Below are positions 43,178 through 49,907 of a stretch of 53,726 bases of DNA, one piece after another. The DNA lies in the IMG/VR virus record IMGVR_UViG_3300025645_000097, positions 1 through 53,726 of that record; one strand, given 5' to 3'. The stretch is from a virus. Taxonomy: Duplodnaviria; Caudoviricetes. The notes below the pieces were generated by a model that searched no databases, was not told the origin of the DNA, and worked only from the letters and a program-made list of their open reading frames with translations. The position numbers and the translations under genes were made by a program. How positions within the stretch are numbered: the first letter of the stretch is position 1; each line of letters opens with the position of its first letter.

Positions 43178-45424
43178 CTAGTCCTTGAGGAAGATTGGGG
43201 AGGTGAAGCCGTCCGCCTTGAGCGGCATCTTCTCGTCGGCCCACGGGGGCCGGGTCGTCATGCACCGGATCAGACCGGCCAGGCGTTCTTCTGCGATGTC
43301 CTCGGCCTCAAGCGCGACGATCTGGTCGTGGACGTGCATACGGATGTCGTAGCCCTCGGCATCGGCCAGGGTCATGCCGTGTGCCAGGAGGTCGCGTGCG
43401 ACGGCCTGGGTCACGTTCTCGGTCAGCTTGCCGGGGTGCGTGGTCACGCGCCGCCACTGGCCGTTCTCCATATTCTCGTAGGTGATCTGCGGCTTGTAGA
43501 CCGGCTCGCCGTTGCGACCTTTCCAGGGCATCTTGCGGCGCTGAATCTCAGGCCGCATGTAGTGGAGGAACCGCCCGCTCGGCAGCCCGATCCGCAAGAA
43601 CGGCTTCTTCATGTCGATCGTTAGATAGCCGACGCGCTCGGGCTTTCCGGTCTTGATGACGCGGCGCACGGCGTCGTCCAATTCGTACCAGAACTCGACG
43701 ACGCGGTGGAACTTGGAGCGGAACGTGTCCACCGACAGCTTGGACATCTCTTTCGTCAGCGGGACGTGCATCGCCCAGGCGTATCCCAGGAGGCCGGTTG
43801 CCTCGATCTCGCCGGTCGATTTGTTCTCCCGCTCGTCACCCGCGCCGAGCATGTAGCCGCAGCCCAGAACCCCCGGCTTCGCGGTGGTCCTCATGCTCTT
43901 GTCCCCGGCCTTCACGCGGGCCGCGATCTCGTCGTAGGGCAGCTTGAACATGTCCGTGGCAAAGTCGATGTATGGGTCCAGGTTCTCCCAGAACACCCGC
44001 AGAATCTTCTCGTCCTGGGCCAGCCAGCCGAGGACCACGTTCTCGATCGCGGACAAGTCGGCGTCGAGGAGCAGCTTGCCGGGGCCTGCTTGCACGACCG
44101 GGCGGACGCCAGCGGTCAGCACCTCCATCGGGTTGTCGTACTTGGCCCAGATTTCCTCGGGCGTCAGATGCTCGATGTCGTGGACGCACTCATGGATTCG
44201 GTCCTCCAGCGACTTGTCCGGCTTGGGCAAGTTCTGGGGTTGGAACCGGCGGCCCGACCAGCGCCAGGTGCGCCCTGCCCCGGCGAACTGGTGGCAGCCT
44301 CGAAGGTTGCCGTCCAGATCGGTCGCGGCCCAGAGCGCAGGGTATTTTTTGACGCTCGCCTTCGAGACGCGGAGACGCAGTTGCAGCACCCGGTTGAGCA
44401 GTTCGTCCGGCTCCACCAGGACCATCCGCAGGTAGTCCGCCAGCGGCCCCTCGTACATCTCCACGGCGGCCTTGGCGTCCTCGACGCGCTCGGCGGCGGC
44501 CTTGGCTGCGCGCTCGACGTGGCCCTTCTTGAGGTCGTCAAAGTTGTAGCCGTGGTCCTTGAGCCAGGGCAGGATTTGCATGTTTGAGTTCGGGTTGGCG
44601 AGGCCGGTCAGCTTGCGCAGTTCGGCCATGTCCCGGGAGATCGTGAACTCCGACAGCTTCAACGCCGCTTTCACGGCGTTGAGGTTGATCGGGATTCCGG
44701 CGTTGTTGATCTTCTGGTCGAGGTGCCACAGCTTCCACTCGTGGTCGGGCATCTGGTACTTTTTGAAACGCTTGTAGATCGCGCGCTCGGCTTCCACGTC
44801 CCGGATGTTGTAGTCCAGGAACTCCTGCCAGTCCTCGGGGTCGGTCGTGTGGTCGCAGCGGGTCCAGGGCTTATACTTGGACGGCTTGCGGGGCATACAG
44901 AATTTGCGGACCAGGTTGGTCCCGCGCGCCATCTTCTTCTGGTCCTCACCCAGCCCGACGACCTCGCCGCACTTGGACAGCTTGCCCGGCAGCGACAGAG
45001 AATAGGACAGCGCCATCACGTCCAGCCACCGCTCGACGGGGATGTCCATGCCCAGCGTATGCTCGAAGATGTTTGATTCAAACGGGGCGTTCCATGCCGC
45101 CAGGGTAATGCTTGGATCGGCCAGGGCGGCCTTGAGATCGTCCGGCATAGGCTCACCCAGGACGGGGAGCCACTGCTTGATCTCGCCCTCTGCCCAGCCG
45201 TAGGCGAGCATAAGGACCTCGGTGGTCTCGTGCCGGGCGTAGACGGACGCGCCGGTCTTTGGCAGTTCGCACTCGGACCAGGTCTCGAAATCGAGGTGGA
45301 GGATCGGGCGGTGGGGCACCTGCTGCACGGACAAGGCGATCTTGCCGAGGTAGGCCGCGAAAACGCCGTTTACCGGCTCCGCGTCATCTGGTTGGAAATG
45401 CTGCCAGCCGAACGGGAAACTCAT
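43178..45424 (-). CDS. polA: Family A DNA polymerase with 3'-5' exonuclease
   Basis: DFET, AWNAPFE, DLSAIE, R..AK...LG.GY, HVHDQ. Confidence 0.93.
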   Translation of the reverse strand: MSFPFGWQHFQPDDAEPVNGVFAAYLGKIALSVQQVPHRPILHLDFETWSECELPKTGASVYARHETTEVLMLAYGWAEGEIKQWLPVLGEPMPDDLKAALADPSITLAAWNAPFESNIFEHTLGMDIPVERWLDVMALSYSLSLPGKLSKCGEVVGLGEDQKKMARGTNLVRKFCMPRKPSKYKPWTRCDHTTDPEDWQEFLDYNIRDVEAERAIYKRFKKYQMPDHEWKLWHLDQKINNAGIPINLNAVKAALKLSEFTISRDMAELRKLTGLANPNSNMQILPWLKDHGYNFDDLKKGHVERAAKAAAERVEDAKAAVEMYEGPLADYLRMVLVEPDELLNRVLQLRLRVSKASVKKYPALWAATDLDGNLRGCHQFAGAGRTWRWSGRRFQPQNLPKPDKSLEDRIHECVHDIEHLTPEEIWAKYDNPMEVLTAGVRPVVQAGPGKLLLDADLSAIENVVLGWLAQDEKILRVFWENLDPYIDFATDMFKLPYDEIAARVKAGDKSMRTTAKPGVLGCGYMLGAGDERENKSTGEIEATGLLGYAWAMHVPLTKEMSKLSVDTFRSKFHRVVEFWYELDDAVRRVIKTGKPERVGYLTIDMKKPFLRIGLPSGRFLHYMRPEIQRRKMPWKGRNGEPVYKPQITYENMENGQWRRVTTHPGKLTENVTQAVARDLLAHGMTLADAEGYDIRMHVHDQIVALEAEDIAEERLAGLIRCMTTRPPWADEKMPLKADGFTSPIFLKD

Positions 45425-45624
45425 TCAAGCATCCCCCGGATAACTGGCCGGGCGTAGAGATCGCCGCCGAACACGGTGTACTCGTAGCCGTCCATCGTCG
45501 GGCCGGGGCACGGGCAATCGGCATAGTCAACATCGAAGCAGACCGGGCAATGGCCGCAACTGTCTACATCTCCGGCGTAGACCACTCTCTCCCAGCCGTC
45601 GTGGGCTGTTTCATCCTCTGCCAT
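45421..45624 (-). CDS. Small Cys-rich protein (67 aa)
   Basis: CGHCPVC...CPCPGPT; AGGAGG RBS; ATGA overlap. Confidence 0.7.
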   Translation of the reverse strand: MAEDETAHDGWERVVYAGDVDSCGHCPVCFDVDYADCPCPGPTMDGYEYTVFGGDLYARPVIRGMLE

Positions 45625-45742
45625 GTGCGCCTCCTGTTGGTAAGACCCGGCCCCCGCGCGAAACCTGACAAACTCGCGGGGGCCGGGCGTATGGGCGGCT
45701 GTACCTCACCCGCCCGTATTCACCTAAAAGGTGAAACTCAGA

Positions 45743-46324
45743 TCACCCCAAGAGGTCATCATCGTCGTCGTCATCGCCCTCGTCGTCGTCCCACTCGTCG
45801 TCACCGATCTGGGCTTTGCCGAAGGCGTCGCCGTCGTCCCAGAACCGCACGCCGTCGAGAGAGGCGAAGATGCCGGGCGCGCCGCCCTTCTTGGTGCCAT
45901 AGAGGCCCAGCATCGCTTCAACGTAGCAACCGCCGTAGAACGGCGAATTGTCGGGATCGACCTCGGTTTTCTTGCGTGTCAGCAGGCGGAAATTGTCGGG
46001 ATTGCTGGCCTTGATGACCATCACGTCCTCATAGCCCGCTTTGACCTCGCCCTCATCGTCGGTGTTCTCGTTGCCGTCGAAGAAGCAGACGCGGTTGTCC
46101 TTGAACTTGATCTTGTCACCGAAACCAGCCTGCTCTTTGGCAGCCTCGATCGCGGCTTCGATCTTCTTGATGTTTTCCTTGCCGATCTTGGTGGTGGGGT
46201 CGATCAGGAAAGACGCGGAGAACTTGGGGTCCGCATCTTCGTTGGCTTTCTGCCGCTTGTGAAGGTGCGGGTAGGAGAGACGCACATCCTTGAGATACAC
46301 GCGGCGGGGGTCTTTATCAGCCAT
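45743..46324 (-). CDS. ssDNA-binding protein (DUF2815)
   Basis: VRLSYP.L, KFSASFLI, FYGGCY, acidic tail. Confidence 0.88.
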   Translation of the reverse strand: MADKDPRRVYLKDVRLSYPHLHKRQKANEDADPKFSASFLIDPTTKIGKENIKKIEAAIEAAKEQAGFGDKIKFKDNRVCFFDGNENTDDEGEVKAGYEDVMVIKASNPDNFRLLTRKKTEVDPDNSPFYGGCYVEAMLGLYGTKKGGAPGIFASLDGVRFWDDGDAFGKAQIGDDEWDDDEGDDDDDDDLLG

Positions 46325-46405
46325 AGTTTTCGTCCTTCGTTTTTTGCGTTTTACGTTTGCCGTTTTCGCGGTTTTTAACCCAAAAGGTGAAATTCAAGAC
46401 GTGGG

Positions 46406-47632
46406 TTAGTCGTCATCGAACTCGTCGGCCAGGTCGTAACCGGGCCGCCTATCGTCAGCGCCAACGAGCGCCAACTTTCCCTCGGAGCGAACCGTGTAGT
46501 CGTTCACGGATTGCTTCACGTCCTTGGGGACCGTTTTGACCTTCTCGAACTGCGCCGGGGAAATCAGCGCAGGATCGGTGAAGGCCGATTCAAAATCCAA
46601 ATGCTCCAGAACGAACGCTTCGGCGGCTTCTGGGTCTGCCCACTTGCGGGGGCCTTGCTTGCCGACCACCAGTTTCGCGCCGGGCGTTGGCCGTCCGGCC
46701 TTGGCGTCGTTCATCACCTGGGCGTGTACCGCCTTGAGCCAGGCCCGCACGCGGTCGGCGTTGAGCGCCGCGTTGCTCCGCTGCTGCGGGGTGAACTCGC
46801 CGTGGTCCTTGAGGGAGATCACGTCCGGGTCCAGGTCGTGCAACTCAAGCTGGAGGTGCGTCATCGACCAGCGGGCGTATTCTTCGCAGATGCCCTTGGC
46901 CGGGCAGAACTGGCACTGCTTCTCGCCAGCGCGGAGCCAAGCGTCGGGGGAGGTGGCGAGGTCGTAGGCTGTTTTCAGCTTCTCTCCAAACGCCAGCAAC
47001 TCGTCCAGCGTGACCTTCCACTCACCTCCCCACTGCGGCACCTGCTCGGTGTCCCCATCGTCCTCGTCGTCGTCAAAGTCCTCGATGACCGCGCTGGTCG
47101 CACGGGCACGGGGCTGATCGACCACCAGGAGAAAGTCAGTTGCGTCTGTTTCGTGCCGCGCCACGTTGTCCCAGAACCCGAGCGCGTAGGTCATAAGTTG
47201 CTCGTTCTGATAGGCCGACACGGGCATCCCTGCCCCGTATTTCAGGTCGTTGATGATGACCCGCCGGGGAGAGATGATCCCCACGTCGAGCGTGCCGAAT
47301 TGCTCCGGCAGCCAGCGGTCAAACGAGACCCGGTATTCGTTGACAACCCGGCCCGGCTGCTCGCGCACGAACTCGATGCCCGGCACCAGATTGTCCGCCA
47401 TGTCCTCGGTGACGGTGAAGGTGTAGCCGTCTGCCGACATCACCTGGCCCACGAAAACGTGCGGCTCCAGGTCGAACTCCAGGCACATCTCCCGGATATG
47501 GTGCGCCACCGTGCCCTCTGCCGCGAACTCGCTGGAGTCACGTTCCCCGATCTCGTCGCAGAGCGCGACAGAGCCAGGGCACCGAATCCAACGGTGCGCG
47601 CCAGAGGGTGAGAGGCGGGCGTGTTCGCTCAT
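46406..47632 (-). CDS. DUF2800 Cas4-like exonuclease
   Basis: HARLSPSGAHRW..CPGS, FGTLD, DLKYG, QL..YALG, CQFCPAKGIC. Confidence 0.9.
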   Translation of the reverse strand: MSEHARLSPSGAHRWIRCPGSVALCDEIGERDSSEFAAEGTVAHHIREMCLEFDLEPHVFVGQVMSADGYTFTVTEDMADNLVPGIEFVREQPGRVVNEYRVSFDRWLPEQFGTLDVGIISPRRVIINDLKYGAGMPVSAYQNEQLMTYALGFWDNVARHETDATDFLLVVDQPRARATSAVIEDFDDDEDDGDTEQVPQWGGEWKVTLDELLAFGEKLKTAYDLATSPDAWLRAGEKQCQFCPAKGICEEYARWSMTHLQLELHDLDPDVISLKDHGEFTPQQRSNAALNADRVRAWLKAVHAQVMNDAKAGRPTPGAKLVVGKQGPRKWADPEAAEAFVLEHLDFESAFTDPALISPAQFEKVKTVPKDVKQSVNDYTVRSEGKLALVGADDRRPGYDLADEFDDD

Positions 47633-48723
47633 TACCAGGACAAGCCCGCAGCTTTGAGGATGTTGTCCATCTCAGTCAGGGGGAACTCGGCCCCGCTGCC
47701 GTAGGCTTCCAGGTAGAAGGCGAGACGGGTCCGGTCGGACTGCTTGTAGAGGGAGGTCTGGAACGAGCCGATGTGCGTCCGTGCGTTGTTGAACACGGCC
47801 ATGTGTTTCTGCGCTAGGTCCCCGGCGAGGAACCGCGTCACGATCTCGTGCATCTCCGGGTGCGTGACCCCGAAGCGGATAGACACGTCGAACTGCTTCT
47901 CAGTATCCGGGGCCGAGAGGTGGAAGGTGGCTAACCCGTCGTCGAAATGGTCCACGATGCCGCCCGCCAGGCCCAGATCAGACTGCTCGGCCTGCTGTGC
48001 TTGCGCGATCTGCGTGTCCTGCTCGACGCTGGTGTCGTCCCAGCCCGGCTCCTCGTTCGTGGCGAGTATCGCTTCAACCAGTTCTTCGCAGGCGTGGCTT
48101 ACGTTCTCCGCGCCCCGGATCGCGTTGACCGTGGCAGTCAGCCACTCCGCAGTCTCCTCGTCCAGTTCGCCCTCGTCGTCGAACTGGATAGTCCGGCAGA
48201 AATCCATCCAGTCCGGGAAATCATCCCAGGACGGCGATTCCGCGGGCCAATCCGCGCCCATGATCTGTTCGAGCGTTTCCGCCTCGTCCGCGTCCCGGCC
48301 GAGATCAGACGCCCCACACGCCCCCGGCTCACGCGGAGCCGTGGTCTGGGTCATCGCTTTGACCATCTCGGAGAACTTGCCGGGCACGCTCGGGCGATCG
48401 TCGATCAGGTTGCCCTGGGCCTCGGCGTCCAGCAGGATCGCGCAGCAGGCCATGACGTGCCCGAGGTGATGCACCCCGGAGTCCTCGGCCTCTTGCTCCC
48501 CGTCCCACCAGGAGGCGAGGTGCCGGAAAGCGGCGTTGTAATAGACCGAGGCCGCGACAGAGTTCTCGCGCCAGTTGGTCAGGCCGTACTTGACGACGCC
48601 GTCCCGCATACCGTTGCCGCAGTGCAGAAGCGCGACCACGGGGATTCCGTGGATACCCGGCTTCGCCGTGCCGTAGGCGCTTTTGGGGTTGGAGTCAGGA
48701 AGGGCGAAGGGTTTGCGGGTCAT
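47632..48723 (-). CDS. dATP/dGTP diphosphohydrolase (DUF5664) domain fused to a long C-terminal region
   Basis: G..KYG..NWR...AAFRHL..WWDGE...DSGVHHLGH. Confidence 0.85.
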   Translation of the reverse strand: MTRKPFALPDSNPKSAYGTAKPGIHGIPVVALLHCGNGMRDGVVKYGLTNWRENSVAASVYYNAAFRHLASWWDGEQEAEDSGVHHLGHVMACCAILLDAEAQGNLIDDRPSVPGKFSEMVKAMTQTTAPREPGACGASDLGRDADEAETLEQIMGADWPAESPSWDDFPDWMDFCRTIQFDDEGELDEETAEWLTATVNAIRGAENVSHACEELVEAILATNEEPGWDDTSVEQDTQIAQAQQAEQSDLGLAGGIVDHFDDGLATFHLSAPDTEKQFDVSIRFGVTHPEMHEIVTRFLAGDLAQKHMAVFNNARTHIGSFQTSLYKQSDRTRLAFYLEAYGSGAEFPLTEMDNILKAAGLSW

Positions 48724-48750
48724 CTTTAACCTTTCAGGTGAAATTCAAGG

Positions 48751-48791
48751 CAGGGGCCGCCCCCAACAGGGAGGAAAAAGGGCGGCCCCTG
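48751..48791. terminator. 12-bp stem-loop between replication genes
   Basis: CAGGGGCCGCCC / GGGCGGCCCCTG; no strong U-tract. Confidence 0.45.
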
Positions 48792-48799
48792 GGGACGGC

Positions 48800-49354
48800 T
48801 TACCCGAGTGGGTCGTCGTCACCTTCCGCGTCCGGGATCAGGGCGTCGATCTCATCGAAATCGACCTCCAGCCCGGCCATCCAGTATGTGATGTAGCCTG
48901 CCACGCGGGCACGCTGGGCATCATCCTCCAGTTCCGTCAGCTTCTTCGCGCCCAGGTGGGCCAGAGCGCCGACGAAATTAGACTTGGCGTTGTCGCGGAC
49001 ATCCGCGTCATCGGAGGCCAGGAACTTACCCGCCAGCTTGTGCAGTTCGTCGTGCGTGACGGACTCAGCCAGTTCGGGCTTCTCGGCTTCGCCCTTCTCG
49101 GCTTCTGCCTCGTCCTTCTTCTTGGCTTCTGCCTCGGCCTTCTTCTTCTCGGCTGCCAGGCGCTTCTTCTTGGCCGCTGGGGTCTCGGCCTCCTCTTTCG
49201 GCTCCTCTTTCGGCTCCTCTTTCGGCTCCTCTTTGGCCGTCGTCGTGGCCTTGCCCCTCGCGGCTGCGGTCGCAACCTCGGCCAGCTTGGCGTGGGCTGC
49301 GGTGTTGTCTTTGATCGCGGTCGTCAGTTCCGCGATGAGCGTTTCGATGCTCAT
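48800..49354 (-). CDS. Replication-operon leader protein with EEPK repeats, ends DDDPLG
   Basis: GAGGAG RBS; 12-bp repeat at 49190-49234; Chi-like synteny. Confidence 0.75.
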   Translation of the reverse strand: MSIETLIAELTTAIKDNTAAHAKLAEVATAAARGKATTTAKEEPKEEPKEEPKEEAETPAAKKKRLAAEKKKAEAEAKKKDEAEAEKGEAEKPELAESVTHDELHKLAGKFLASDDADVRDNAKSNFVGALAHLGAKKLTELEDDAQRARVAGYITYWMAGLEVDFDEIDALIPDAEGDDDPLG

Positions 49355-49416
49355 GTGCTGCTCCTCAATGGTGATTTAGGTTTCGGCGGCGAATCTGCCG
49401 ACACAGCAAACGTAGC

Positions 49417-49432
49417 CCACTACATCTTGTGG
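49417..49432. promoter_or_regulatory. NrdR box in the divergent replication promoter
   Basis: CCACTACATCTTGTGG. Confidence 0.65.
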
Positions 49433-49519
49433 TTTCAACCAAAAAGTTATCTTTACGTTTTTGGGTGACGAATGGTAGTAATGGGCGGCCCACAGGCAAG
49501 AAAATGGAGCCACAATACA

Positions 49520-49864
49520 ATGAGCAATACTGCCACAGCACAGCCCCGCCGTCGTTATTCCTTTGGCCCGCTGTACGATTTCCTCTCCGAGACCTTCCCG
49601 AATCACCGAAGCGAACGCGGCGTCTTTGACGTGCCGAATTTCGCCAAGGACATCGGCTATTCCCATGAGGCGATCTACCGCGCACTCCGCCAGCGTGACC
49701 TTCTCAAGCAGAATGTTGCCCTGCGGATCATGGAACTCTCCCGCACCGACGCCGCGATCCGTGTGATCTATTGGGAGGACCTGATCCCCTACGTTCTCGA
49801 CGGCTACGACGAGTTCCGCGAAGGCCCCCAGGCCGACGTAGAGGTAGACGACCTCCTCGGCTGA
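49520..49864 (+). CDS. Cro-like HTH protein (114 aa), ends VDDLLG
   Basis: DVPNFAKDIGYSHEAIYRAL. Confidence 0.75.
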   Translation: MSNTATAQPRRRYSFGPLYDFLSETFPNHRSERGVFDVPNFAKDIGYSHEAIYRALRQRDLLKQNVALRIMELSRTDAAIRVIYWEDLIPYVLDGYDEFREGPQADVEVDDLLG

Positions 49865-49907
49865 ATCTCCCCGCAACCAGAATAAATGAAACACGCGGGA
49901 GCCGAAA

